Part shown: positions 13,366-26,724 of the stretch, in pieces
Layout: each line of letters begins with the position of its first letter
How positions within the stretch are numbered: the first letter of the stretch is position 1
Source: Macrostomum lignano
Lineage: Eukaryota
Direction of reading: 5' to 3'
DNA: 64,000 nucleotides
Assembly: GCA_002269645.1 (NCBI GenBank)
Contig: NIVC01001944.1
Span: 124,001 to 188,000, forward strand
Made by a program: the position numbers and the translations under genes
Notes under the pieces: model-generated
Told to the model about the DNA's origin: nothing
Databases searched by the model: none
What the model saw: only the letters and a program-made list of their open reading frames with translations

Positions 13366-14473
13366 CAATAAATTGAGCTCCCTGCACTCTTGAGCTTAAG
13401 GCTCGCTCCAGCATCTGTGGCAGCTGATTAGCGGCCGGAGCCACCAGGTCACGAGCGTCATTGAACTCGGATTAAGTCGGGGAGGACACGGGCCTCCCAA
13501 TATGACAACTAAGCAAATGAGAGCGCCTGAGGAAGGGGGCCGCACTCCAATGCTGCATCTTATTTGGGTCAGCTGTGTACAGGCAGCAATGGGAAAGGCC
13601 TGGCACTTGACGCCTCGAGGCCAGAGGGTCGAGTTGTGCTGGCTGAGACGGCTGGCTGGCTTAGCGACAGGAAAATGCGGTGCAGAAGCCACAGGGCGAT
13701 CGACCAGCGCCAGTTGCTGGGCAGGCGTCCCAGCTGCTCAGTGGCGCGAAAATGATGCGGCTCTGCTCACTTATTTAGATGGGTAATCTGTTAGCTAAGC
13801 CGGTTAGTGCAGGCAAACCGAGCACAACTGACTTACATCTGGAGTTGCATTATGGAATTAATACTCTGGTTAGTGTACGTCCTAATATGGCTCAGAGCCT
13901 TGCTTTAGGCTCTAATGGGGATTTTCGTGCCTGGGAAGTTTCTGGTTGGGGAAGTTTATATTGGATTTGGGAAGTTTATTGTTACAAATATTTAATGTTA
14001 AGGAAATTAAGGGTTGTAAATTAGATTACCTGTGAAGCGCTCTATCGGGGAGCCGGCCCAGGTGTCGGGTTGCTCTTGTGTTTCTTAGAAAAGAGAATGT
14101 AATGCATCCTCCTTCCTAGTCCCTGAGCCAGTGCACAAACGCACGAGCTATATGAGTACAATCATGCTTTTTTCATCCAGAGCCAAGCCAACCTCAGGTC
14201 CGACCCCAGCCCTCTCCGCCCCCGCTTTCTTCCCGTGCCCAGAAATCCCCGGCTGGCAGGTCGCTGACTTGGGCTGCTAATTTATCCCCTGGTGCCGAGG
14301 TGTCCGATTTCTGCTGGTCTGAGGCTGGGACCAAGCTGACGTCTTCATCTCCCTTTCTAAGATGAATCCTCAGATTTCCGTGTTTTCCATGGCTGGGTTG
14401 GCGTTCTGTGCTCATTTCTCAACTCTGAGTAGAGCTTTGAGCAGCTCCTCTTGTAAGCAACTGAAAAACAGCA

Positions 14474-14789
<316 letters not shown>

Positions 14790-15529
14790 CTACGGAACCT
14801 CGGGAACTCATTATTGTTAAAATTCAGTGCTCAACAAGGCTAAAAGCTTCTTATCTCGTGAAAATCAAACGATTTGTGAGCCGGTCCGTGAGCTGGGAGC
14901 AGGCGGCAGCGGCACCGCTTGATCCCGGGTTTCACTCCAATCTGCTCAATTCTTTGATCGCCATTTCCGATCGTGAGAAGCAACCGACAGCTCACCAGCT
15001 GATGCAGGAGAAGAAAGCAAACAGATTTACGGCCAGCTCAGAGAGCCTGAGCAGCGGAACCAGCAAATGCAGGAAAATGAGCAGTTTTCAATGCAACCGA
15101 GAGTTGCAACAGAAGTAAGCACTTACGGTTTCACAATGGCCGCCGGTTGCGCAATCCGCTAATCTTCAATGGCAACAAAAATTTTGATTTGGCTGAGTAG
15201 CAGCTCCAGCCCAGAGAAGTTCCGTGATGGTTTCTCACAAGCTTTCTCATCTACTCAGCTTGAGGAGTAAACTCGGACCAGCCCAGAAACCAGAAGCTGG
15301 TTAACTCCGAGTAGGAAAAGATGGGCGAAGCTGCAGCGCTCATTTTTGCTGCTAATCTTCAAATCCATAACGAGTTAATCCCTACTGTGTGCGATGCTCC
15401 ATTCCTGATGTCGGGGCCAGCATCACGTTGATGTGGGGGCCTCGGCCATTCAGTTAATTACAGCGGATTGGGATGGGGGCCTTGAGCTGGTTGAAGGAGT
15501 CTTGCCAATGTTAAATAGCCTCACATGTC

Positions 15530-15840
15530 TACATTTTAGCGCTATTGGTCTCTTTGTTTCAGATTTTAGCGCCAATAGCTCCTAGATTTAAGCGCCAATA
15601 GTTCCTAGATTTAAGCGCCAGTAGCTCTTAGATTTTAGTGCCAATACCTCCTAGATTTAAGCGCCAGTACCTCTTAGATTTAAGCGCCAATAGCTCCTAT
15701 ATTTAAGCGCCAGTACCTCTTAGATTTAAGCGCCAATAGCTCCTAGATTTAAGCGCCAATAGCTCATAGATTTAAGCGCCAATAGCTACTAGATTTTAGC
15801 GCTAATAGCTCATAGATTTAAGCGCCGATAGCTATTTGAT
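15530..15840. repeat. 23-bp minisatellite AGATTTAAGCGCCAATAGCTCCT
   Basis: About 12 copies. Confidence 0.95.
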
Positions 15841-16654
15841 CCTCTCTCAGTCTATGACGCGGAATGATGAGGCTGTCTGGCAGCTGCATCAGGAGAAACA
15901 GTCTCGGTGTCAAGAATCAGCAAAAATTTCACCCAGAATCGCAACAGTTTCAACAGAAATCTGAAAGAGTCTTCCAGAAGAGACGGAGATGTCAGCCAAG
16001 TGTAGCAATTGAAAAATTCAGCAGCTGTGTTGCAATGAGCATCGAGGCGGGCGGCGGCCAAGCGATTCGGGCAGTCGGATACAGACCCGCTGTCCGCTAG
16101 CTGGGTCCGGGATGTGCTCACGTTGAGCTGTATCCAGCATCGTGTTCAGGCTATCGGACAGCCCAGATACCATTAGGATATTTTTAAAAAAACATTTTTT
16201 CAAAAAACGACGGAATCGAAATTTAAGATCGGCCGGTGGAAGCCGCTCGAACTCTTTCTGGGAAATGAGAATCGCCAGTCGTGAGTCAGCGCCAGGCAAA
16301 GTGACTCAACCCGGCCGCATCCGGCCATCTCGCCTCTCTCCTCGGTTCTTCCCATCTCACTTTCCCTCAATTGGCGGGACAAGTAGGCGGCCTCCCAGCA
16401 GTTTCTCCTCTGCCCTCTCTCGGACACTGAGTCGGTTTCCTTTGTCCGTGAGCCGTTAAGTCGGTATCGGTGCTGGAATTCCCTGCCCGTTGCCGCACAA
16501 CTCAGCAGAGAATGAAAACCGCAGTGGGGCTTCGCTCGTCTGGTGGCGCCTTTTCTCTTCAAGATGGGCTTTCATTGCTGCTGTGCTGCTTTTTTTACTT
16601 CAGCTGCCCCCCCCCCCCCTGTTTGCTAATGCTGTCCCGCATTCTGTCTCTGAC

Positions 16655-17430
16655 TCCTCTTCCTCTCACCCCTCCTCTCCTTCCCATTCCCCCTCTCCTC
16701 TCTTCCCATCTCCCTCTCCTTCCCCATCTCCCTCTCCTTCCCCATCTCCCTCTCCTTCCCCATCTCCCTCTCCTTCCCCATCTCCCTCTCCTTCCCCATC
16801 TCCCTCTCCTTCCCCATCTCCCTCTCCTTCTCTATCTCCCTCTCCTTCCCCATCTCCCTCTCCTTCTCCATCTCCCTCTCCTTCTCCTCCATCTCCTTCT
16901 CCTTCACCTTCTCCATCTCCCTCTCCTTCTCCACGCCTCTCCTTCTCCTTCTCCCTCTCCTTCTCCATCTCCCTCTCCTTCTCTATCTCCCTCTCCTTCT
17001 CCACGCCTCTCCTTCTCCATCTCCCTCTCCTTCTCCATCTCCCTCTCCTTCTCCACGCCTCTCCTTCTCCTTCTCCCTCTCCTTCCCCATCTCCCTCTCC
17101 TTCTCTATCTCCCTCTCCTTCTCTATCTCCCTCTCCTTCTCCATCTCCCTCTCCTTCTCCTCCATCTCCTTCTCCTTCTCCTTCTCCATCTCCCTCTCCT
17201 TCTCCACGCCTCTCCTTCTCCTTCTCCCTCTCCTTCTCCATCTCCCTCGCTCTCCATCTGTCTCTCCCTCTCCTTCTCCACCCCTATCCTTCTCTATCTC
17301 CTTCTCCTTATCCCTCTCCTCTGCATCTCCTTCTTCCTCTTCTTCTAAGGCTTTATCTCCACATTCTTCTCTCTTTCTCTCTCCATCTCCCTCTCCTTTC
17401 TCTCCATCCACCTCTCCATCTCTCTTCTCC
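16655..17430 (+). repeat. CT-rich 18-bp/6-bp repeat (CTCCCTCTCCTTCCCCAT)
   Basis: Tandem pyrimidine-rich units. Confidence 0.95.
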
Positions 17431-17707
17431 GGACCCAAATCTGTGCAAAATAAAAACCATTTTTAGCAGACAAATTTTAGTGTTAAAAACTTGAGAGACT
17501 GCCAGCCGCATTCCCAGGCTGATTGAACGCCACCAGCTGACAAGGGGCTTCGCCAAGGAAAACACGGGCTTGAGGGGGCATCGCATGGAAACACCCGCTG
17601 CCACCAATTCATCTCCCACGCTGCGCGAACGCCCCCCGCCAAACTTGCTTCTGACATCTCTTCCTTGGGAAAATAGGGAGATCCAGATGTCCTCTGCTGT
17701 GGCCCGG

Positions 17708-19615
17708 GTTACTCCCTCTCATCTCAGTCTCACTATCAGTCTCCCTCTCTCAGTCTCCCTCTCATCTCAGTCTCACTATCAGTCTCCCTCTCTCAGTCTC
17801 CCTCTCATCTCAGTCTCACTATCAGTCTCCCTCTCTCAGTCTCCCTCTCATCTCAGTCTCACTATCAGTCTCCCTCTCTCAGTCTCCCTCTCATCTCAGT
17901 CTCACTATCAGTCTCCCTCTCTCAGTCTCCCTCTCATCTCAGTCTCACTATCAGTCTCCCTCTCTCAGTCTCCCTCTCATCTCAGTCTCACTATCAGTCT
18001 CCCTCTCTCAGTCTCCCTCTCATCTCAGTCTCACTATCAGTCTCCCTCTCTCAGTCTCCCTCTCATCTCAGTCTCACTATCAGTCTCCCTCTCTCAGTCT
18101 CCCTCTCATCTCAGTCTCACTATCAGTCTCTCTCTCTCTCAGTCTCCCTCTCATCTCAGTCTCACTATCAGTCTCCCTCTCTCAGTCTCCCTCTCATCTC
18201 AGTCTCACTATCAGTCTCCCTCTCTCAGTCTCCCTCTCATCTCAGTCTCACTATCAGTCTCCCTCTCTCAGTCTCCCTCTCATCTCAGTCTCACTATCAG
18301 TCTCTCTCTCTCTCAGTCTCCCTCTCATCTCAGTCTCACTATCAGTCTCCCTCTCTCAGTCTCCCTCTCATCTCAGTCTCACTATCAGTCTCCCTCTCTC
18401 AGTCTCCCTCTCATCTCAGTCTCACTATCAGTCTCCCTCTCTCAGTCTCCCTCTCATCTCAGTCTCACTATCAGTCTCCCTCTCTCAGTCTTCCTCTCAT
18501 CTCAGTCTCCCTCTCTCAGTCTTCCTCTCATCTCAGTCTCCCTCTCTCAGTCTCCCTCTCTCAGTCTCCCTCTCTCAGTCTCCCTCTCTCAGTCTCCCTC
18601 TCATCTCAGTCTCCCTCTCTCAGTCTCCCTCTCATCTCAGTCTCCCTCTCTCAGTCTCCCTCTCATCTCAGTCTCCCTCTCTCAGTCTCCCTCTCATCTC
18701 AGTCTCCCTCTCTCAGTCTCCCTCTCATCTCAGTCTCACTATCAGTCTCCCTCTCTCAGTCTCCCTCTCTCAGTCTCCCTCTCTCAGTCTTCCTCTCATC
18801 TCAGTCTCCCTCTCTCAGTCTCCCTCTCATCTCAGTCTCCCTCTCTCAGTCTCCCTCTCATCTCAGTCTCCCTCTCTCAGTCTCCCTCTCTCAGTCTTCC
18901 TCTCATCTCAGTCTCCCTCTCTCAGTCTCCCTCTCTCAGTCTCCCTCTCTCAGTCTTCCTCTCATCTCAGTCTCCCTCTCTCAGTCTTCCTCTCATCTCA
19001 GTCTCCCTCTCTCAGTCTCCCTCTCTCAGTCTCCCTCTCTCAGTCTCCCTCTCTCAGTCTCCCTCTCTCAGTCTTCCTCTCATCTCAGTCTCCCTCTCTC
19101 AGTCTCCCTCTCTCAGTCTCCCTCTCATCTCAGTCTCCCTCTCTCAGTCTCCCTCTCATCTCAGTCTCCCTCTCTCAGTCTCCCTCTCATCTCAGTCTCC
19201 CTCTCTCAGTCTCCCTCTCATCTCAGTCTCCCTCTCTCAGTCTCCCTCTCATCTCAGTCTCACTATCAGTCTCCCTCTCTCAGTCTCCCTCTCTCAGTCT
19301 CCCTCTCTCAGTCTTCCTCTCATCTCAGTCTCCCTCTCTCAGTCTCCCTCTCATCTCAGTCTCCCTCTCTCAGTCTCCCTCTCATCTCAGTCTCCCTCTC
19401 ATCTCAGTCTCCCTCTCTCAGTCTCCCTCTCATCTCAGTCTCACTATCAGTCTCCCTCTCTCAGTCTTCCTCTCATCTCAGTCTCCCTCTCTCAGTCTTC
19501 CTCTCATCTCGGTCTCCCTTTCTCAGTCTCCCTCTCATCTCAGTCTGCCTCTCCTCTCAGTCTCCCTATCAGTCTCCCTCTCTCAGTCTCCCTCTCTCGG
19601 TCTCCCTCTTGCTCT
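17708..19615 (+). repeat. 1.9-kb minisatellite with a 43-bp higher-order repeat of CAGTCTCCCTCT-type subunits
   Basis: 14+17+12-bp subunits form a 43-bp unit to ~18480, then a mix of 14- and 17-bp units. Confidence 0.97.
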
Positions 19616-20724
19616 CATTAAGTCTCTGTCTACCCTTCCCTGTCCTTCTCTCTCCCAGAGATGAGTTTCTCGCTAAATTTCCCCTAAAACTTGTAGACCG
19701 CAGAAAATCTGCACGCTTCCAAAGCAAAAGCCGGCAGCAAGCAGCAGTGAGCTGAGCTCGAATCACTGCCCTCACTGGCATTGAGCAGCTCTGCTGACCC
19801 GTCGAAGAAATGATGCAATCAATTTTGGCGGCGCTGCGACTGCGTGAAAATATGCATAAACTGCTCGCCCAGATATCAGGCGGGGAATTGGGCCCCGCCT
19901 AGGGGGGGGGGGGGGGGCAGAGCTTCCACCTGATAATCTTTGCGGTTTCCCCAGCCGCCGCGCCAGGCATAAATTATGCGTTGAATGAGTTGGCTGGGTC
20001 CTCCAACCGTCTCAGAGTCAAGGACTGCTAGACTGAGCTAACTGGAGTGGAGACTGACTGAGGACAAGCAACCCACTTCTCGAACACCCTTGGCTTATAG
20101 GCTTATTCTTTACCTAAGAAGCTTAACTCGAGAAACCCAAACGACTGCTAATTTGATGAACTGGTCAGTGCCGCTGTGCACCCGTGTGAGCGCTGTGACC
20201 GCCTACGTATTCAGCGGAATTGGTGTAGCTGCGGTTTTCACACATTTTCAAGCTCGCCAAATCCTTCATCCCAGAGGCTGCGTCCGCGGAACTCCTCGCC
20301 CCCCCCCCCCAGTCATATCTGGCACTGCGCTGGGAGCCCCGCAATCACGGCCCGGGATGAGGAGATGAAAGGCGGTAATAAAAAAAATTGGGAATCGGGG
20401 AGTTTGCTAAATTGACGACTGTCGAGAAGTCGCAGAGCGAGAGGGAAAAATGAAAATGAATTTTCTTTACGGTTTGACACGGGGGCGGCAGAGTGGAATG
20501 AGTTAAGGGGAGGCGGCGGGTTGCATAAGAGGAGAGGTGAGTCAAGGATTGTTAACTGGGGACCGTCTGGGGAATTCGCTGGTCTGGTGGGAGGCAGCCG
20601 CTGAGGTGTTGAAATTGGACTGCGGGGCGATGGGCTCAGATATGCGATGATGGAGTGGGATTCTGGGGCGAAAGAGGCAAAATTTAAATTCAACAGCAAA
20701 ACGGAGAGGTAGAGAGCTGAACTG

Positions 20725-21562
20725 AGAAGTAGAGAGGTGTATGAGAGGTACAGAGATGAATGGAGAGGTAGAAAGATAAAGGGAGAGGTAGAAAGATAAA
20801 GGGAGAGGTAGAGAGATGAAGGGAGAGGTAGAGAGATGAAGGGAGAGGTAGAGAGATGAAGGGAGAGGTAGAGAGATGAAGGGAGAGGTAAATAGATGAA
20901 GGGAGAGGTTAGAGAGATGAAGGGAGAGGTAAAGAGATGAAGGGAGAGGTAGAGAGATGAAGGGAGAGGTAAAGAGATGAAGGGAGAGGTAGAGAGATGA
21001 AGGGAGAGGTAAAGAGATGAAGGTAGAGGTAGAGAGATGAAGGGAGAGGTAGAGAGATGAAGGGAGAAGGTGGGTATGAAGGCAGAGATAGAGAGATGAA
21101 GGGAGAAAGGTAGAGAGATGAAGGGAGAAGGTGGGTATGAAGGCAGAGATAGAGAGATGAAGGCAGAGGTAGAGAGATGAAGGGAGAAGGTGGGCATGAA
21201 GACAGAGATGGAGAGATGAAGGGAGAGAGGTAGAGAGATGAAGGGAGAAGGTGGGTATGAAGACAGAGATAGAGAGATGAAGGGAGAAGGTGGGTATGAA
21301 GACAGAGATAGAGAGATGAAGGGAGAGAGGTAGAGAGATGAAGGGAGAAGGTGGGTATGAAGACAGAGATAGAGAGATGAAGGGAGAGGTAGAGAGATGA
21401 AGGGAGAGGTAGAGAGATGAAGGGAGAAGGTGGGTATGAAGACAGAGATAGAGAGATGAAGGGAGAGAGGTAGAGAGATGAAGGGAGAAGGTGGGCATGA
21501 AGACAGAGATGGAGAGATGAAGGGAGAGAGGTAGAGAGATGAAGGGAGAAGGTGGGTATGAA
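20725..21562 (+). repeat. GA-rich ~20-bp minisatellite AGAGAGATGAAGGGAGAGGT with GGTGGGTATGAAGACAGAGAT variants
   Basis: Purine-rich tandem array. Confidence 0.95.
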
Positions 21563-22029
21563 GGGTTCAATGAAGTAAGTTTCGCCAGAGCAAGAAGAGA
21601 AGTGAAAAAGACCGCAGAGAAGCAGTCCAAATTCCTCTCAAACGGCCCCTTCCCATCCACCTTCGCTCAATTCGAACGCATTAAAAAGGACGTCACCTTC
21701 GCCTGTCCACCTCTGGAATTCGAATTCGAATGGCTTTATGAAATCCTCATTATCCCAGGGACAGTCGGCCACAGCGGCGGTTTGAATTGACGGAACGGGC
21801 AAAAGGCAAATCAAGTCTGACAAGGGACTCGCTGGGATTCTGATTGACTCCTGCCTCACTGTCTGTCCGGCCCGCCCAGCAACCCCTGCATTCTGAGAAA
21901 ATTGCATTCTCAGTGCCGACTCGTTCTGGAGGCCACTGCGGCGGCTTGGGGGAAAAGAAGACTCTTTGAGCATGTTGAGCTGAGTGCGGGCTGAGGCGGC
22001 TTTGGCAGATTTGCCTGTATGAACTCTTG

Positions 22030-22690
22030 GTTTCTCTGTCTCCCTCTCTGTCTCCCTCTCTGTCTCGCTCTCTGTCTCCCTCTCTGTCTCCCTCTCTGTC
22101 TCCCTCTCTGTATCCCTCTCGGTCTCCCTCTCTGTCTCCCTCTCTGTCTCCCTCTCTGTCTCCCTCTCTGTCTCCCCTCTGTCTCCCTCTCTGTCTCCCT
22201 CTCTGTCTCCCTCTCTGTCTCCCTCTCTGTCTCCCTCTCTGTATCCCTCTCTGTCTCCCTCTCTGTCTCCCTCTCTGTCTCCCTCTCTGTCTCCCTCTCT
22301 GTCTCCCTCTCTGTCTCCCTCTCTGTCTCCCTCTCTGTCTCCCTCTCTGTCTCCCTCTCTGTCTCCCTCTTTGTCTCCGTCTGTCTCCCTCTCTGTCTCC
22401 CTCTCTGTCTCCCTCTCTGTCTCCCTCTCTGTCTCCCTCTCTGTCTCCCTCTCTGTCTCCCTCTCTGTCTCCCTCTCTGTCTCCCTCTCTGTCTCCCTCT
22501 CTGTCTCCCTCTCTGTCTCCCTCTCTGTCTCCCTCTCTGTCTCCCTCTCTGTCTCCCTCTCTGTCTCCCTCTCTGTCTCCCTCTCTGTATCCCTCTCTGT
22601 CTCCCTCTCTGTCTCCCTCTCTGTCTCCTTCTTCGCCTCCGTCTGTCGCTCTCCGTCTTCCTCTCTGTCTCCCCTATCTCCCTCCTTGCC
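22030..22690 (+). repeat. 12-bp minisatellite TGTCTCCCTCTC
   Basis: About 50 near-perfect copies. Confidence 0.97.
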
Positions 22691-23424
22691 CCATCTCCCC
22701 ATTTATTTTGCATAATGATACCCAGCCAGCATCGCGGGCAGGTCAGCACTCTCTCACACATTCACGCGTGAACGTACAGAGCCAGCCCAGCAACTATACA
22801 GCTCGCCATACTCTTGTTCGGAAAGATTCCAGAAAAAAACGCGACCCCCCCCTGGTCTCCGCAGACAATAAAAAACAATAATTAGACAATTTTCACAAGC
22901 AGCTCATAGACCGACAATCTCTCATTTTGTTCTCAACTTGATAATTTGTCGGTGGGGACCTCCACAGCCACAGCCACAGCCACAGCTCACAGTAAGAGCA
23001 GAGACATCAGCGAGCATGGCCTCAAATTGCATGCCAATTAGTTTTAATTGGTCATGGAATAAAAAAGTCGGCTGGCTAGCAGCAGACTTATTTCTGCTAG
23101 TAAGAACTCCAACTGAGCTCATTTCTTTCTTATTTTCTTGCGGGACAAAATCTGCTGCCGAGTGGATTGCGTAATCACTGCTAAGTCAGCCCGTTTGAGA
23201 GTGACCCGACCTCTCAGTCCAATGTGTCAGACGCATGGCTGCTCAGAGCCCCGCCTTGAGCAATGAGCGGCATAGCCTGGCTTTAATTAACTCAAACAGT
23301 TCTCAGGCGCATTCCAGAGATACGACCGAAAGAGCTGATGAGACAGACTTTGACAGAACTGCCCCGATTTTATTGGGAGAAATGCTTGTTTCTGAGGAAA
23401 ATGTGTCACTTTTATAGGCATGTC

Positions 23425-23690
23425 GGGGCTGGGCCATAGACAGTTCAAACTGGCATTTGATTGCCCAATCACGGGCTGTGGGCCATAGACAGTTCAATCT
23501 AGCATAGCATCTGATTGGCCTGTCACAGGCTATGGGCCATAGACAGTTCAAGCTGGCATCTGATTGGCCTGTCAGGCTGTGGGCCATAGACAATTCAAGC
23601 TGGCATCTGATTGGCCTGTCACAGGCTGTGGGCCATAGACAATTCAAGCTGGCATCTGATTGGCGAACCATTGGCTGCGGACCATAGGCA
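23425..23690. repeat. ~49-bp tandem repeat GGGCCATAGACA(A/G)TTCAAGCTGGCATCTGATTGGCCTGTCACAGGCTGT
   Basis: About 5 copies directly abutting, with no spacers. Confidence 0.93.
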
Positions 23691-24379
23691 GTTAAGAAAT
23701 TCTGAAATCCAGTTTCTCAATAGCCATGACCTCATAGAAACCGCAGTTTAAATGACGGAAAAGAGGATCAAAAAGCTCACATCTGACACATTTGAAACAC
23801 ACTCCATTACACCGCGGGCTGCCAGTCAGCACTTAACAGAGACGGAGTAGCCTTTCTGCCGGCGGTCATGCTAAGGGATCGACGGGCTGGGAGTAAAGAG
23901 AGAAGGGCAGCCGTGGGGAACTTTGCCCTCGCTCACGGAAGTACCGACAACTTTTGATTCCCCTGTGCGTGCCGCTGCCGCCCCGGCGCCTCTCGCCGCT
24001 GCCCACTTCAAGCACTTCCTGCGGTCGCAGACTCACTCCTCAGCTTCCCCCCTCCATCGCCTTAATCCTCTCAAATCTCGGAGCTTAGAATTTCTCAAGG
24101 CACAATTAGACCGCGGCTTCCTGCCTCTGCCTCTGCCTCCTTTTCAGCCCCAGAGATGGGAAAACCGGCTGGGTCGGGCGGCCCCTGCAACTTTCAATTT
24201 CCATCAATTTCTTTCATTTGCGATCGGTTGCAAAATACCTCGTGGGAAATAAAGAGAGGGAGGGGAAAGTGAAAGCCAGAACTGCCAGTCCCTACCGAGC
24301 CTCTGGCCACCTTCTTCTTGGCTTTGCTCTTCTTCCGTTCGCCTCAGAGCTGAGTTCAATTCGGCTTCGCGTCCTTTTG

Positions 24380-25020
24380 TCTCTGCATCTCTGTGTTCTT
24401 TTCACCTCAGCTCTCCTCTACCTGCATCTCTGTGTTCCTTTCACCTCAGCTCTCCTCTACCTGCATCTCTGTGTTCCTTTCACCTCAGCTCTCCTCTACC
24501 TGCATCTCTGTGTTCCTTTCACCTCAGCTCTCCTCTACCTGCATCTCTGTGTTCCTTTCACCTCAGCTCTCCTCTACCTGCATCTCTGTGTTCCTTTCAC
24601 CTCAGCTCTCCTCTACCGGTCACTGCCCTCACCTCTACCCTCTCCCTATCTCCTCTCAGCTCTCCTCTACCGGTCACTGCCCTCACCTCTACCCTCTCCC
24701 TATCTCCTCTCAGCTCTCCTCTACCGGTCACTGCCCTCACCTCTACCCTCTCCCTATCTCCTCTCAGCTCTCCTCTACCGGTCACTGCCCTCACCTCTAC
24801 CCTCTCCCTATCTCCTCTCAGCTCTCCTCTACCGGTCACTGCCCTCACCTCTACCCTCTCCCTATCTCCTCTCAGCTCTATATTCTCTGTAATCTCATTA
24901 TCCTCTGTAATCTCATTATCCTCTGTAATCTCATTATCCTCTGATATCTCATTGTCCTCTGTAATCTCATTATCCTATCTAATCTCATTATCCTCTGTAA
25001 TCTCATTATCCTCTCTCATC
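24380..25020 (+). repeat. Three abutting minisatellites with 39-bp, 54-bp and 18-bp units
   Basis: The 39- and 54-bp units share CTCAGCTCTCCTCTACC; the 18-bp unit is CTCTGTAATCTCATTATC. Confidence 0.95.
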
Positions 25021-25812
25021 TTCCGAGTTCTGTTCTCTCCCACTCCTATCTCAAGCACTAAAATGCCCAAAAAAAATTCTGGGCATCTCAATCCCCAAAA
25101 TCGCTTTTTCCCTCTCCGATCCCCCCAAAAACTTTCTCAACCAGAGCTCCCGCCACCTGAGAGCCCACCTGAGGACGTTGCCGTGACTCCGGCAATCAAT
25201 AACGGAAGCCCCGGCCCTCACGCTTGCTTGAGCTCCACCTGAGCTGCTGGAAGCTTTGGGATAAGAAATCAGAGTCCTGATGGCCGCTTAGACTCGCTCC
25301 TCCAGCGCTGCCAAACATGCAGCATCCGCACGATGAAGCACTTTACCCTGCTTCTAAAAAAACCAAAAACTGCCCGTCGATTCATCGATCAGCAGCAACT
25401 CCAGCCTGGGGGGGGGGCGGTTCAGAAAGCAAAAGTCCAAAGCAATCGAAATTTCAGGTGCATAAACTGATCGAGCTGCCGGGGTCAGTCAGGCTTGGCA
25501 GGAATTTGCGGCTGCATCTTGCCTGATTGCCGGCCGTTCTGCCGCTATCAGACTTGCGCCATCAACTGCGGCAGGCAGGCGGAGGCTGGGGTTGGTTGTT
25601 CACCTGTTAATTCTGCCGCGCCTCTCAGATCTCAGAGCTGCTGCTGCGCCAGCTGCAGATGCCAATCTTCTTCCAGCTGCCCGCTGTTGTAGGCGGGGAA
25701 ATTCAACATGTTGTCAGGGGGACGGCGCTGGTGGTGAGAGTTGCGGCAGTTCAATCAAATTTCTCTGCGATGATTTGACTGATTAGAATGGCTTCTGCTG
25801 TCCCTCTGACAG

Positions 25813-26098
<286 letters not shown>

Positions 26099-26724
26099 CT
26101 CATACTGGAATAGCGATCGCGCCAAGAGTGGGGAAGTTCACCCACTAATTCCAAGCAGTCTGGGTCTCAGCTAAAAAGCAAAAACTCCCATTTATCCCCA
26201 AAAACTTTGGCGACACTGCATGAGGCTGGTGGGGGGGGGGGGCAAAAGTCGCAGCTGACCCCCGCAGCCAGTCTTTTCCGAATTCATCTCCGGCAAAGTT
26301 TGCGCAGCCAAAAGAACCAACTGCACTTGTTTGTCCAGAGACGGGCCGCCACCCCCGGAGCCGAAGACAGCAGAAAAATGGCCACAATTCAAAAGGAATC
26401 TGGGCGAGATGAAGAGGCAGAAAATTACAGGATTTTTCGGCCGTGCATCCCCCGTTGCGGCGGCACAGCCGCTCTCGGCTTTCACAGGCCGCCGGGGCCT
26501 CCCGGGCTCCGCCCTCCCACCCGCCTGACCTCTGAAAGGAAATGAAGTTTGCGGCAACACTTGCTGCTGCTGCCGCGGCTGGCAAAAATTCGGCATTTCG
26601 AAGAACATCAGATGCTGCTCTTCCTGTCACTCTGACTGGCTTGGGGGAAGCCGCTCTCAATGGTATTTTTGCTTTTCACATCTTTAACGCCTGTGTGTCA
26701 CCACCTCCTATTATTCGTCTCATC

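Noticed and set aside
13380-14460. Unique-looking segment with several 60-98 aa ORFs, possibly a retroelement fragment
   Set aside because: No recognisable RT, endonuclease or other motif; cannot be supported without a repeat-library search.
17570-19621. 683-aa Ser/Leu/Pro ORF, the longest in the track
   Set aside because: Stop-free CT-rich minisatellite; the same applies to 26542-28371, 38073-39254 and similar ORFs.
23425-23690. CRISPR-like appearance (repeat with an internal hairpin)
   Set aside because: No unique spacers, no cas genes, eukaryotic context; the same holds for the 25-bp and 34-bp arrays.
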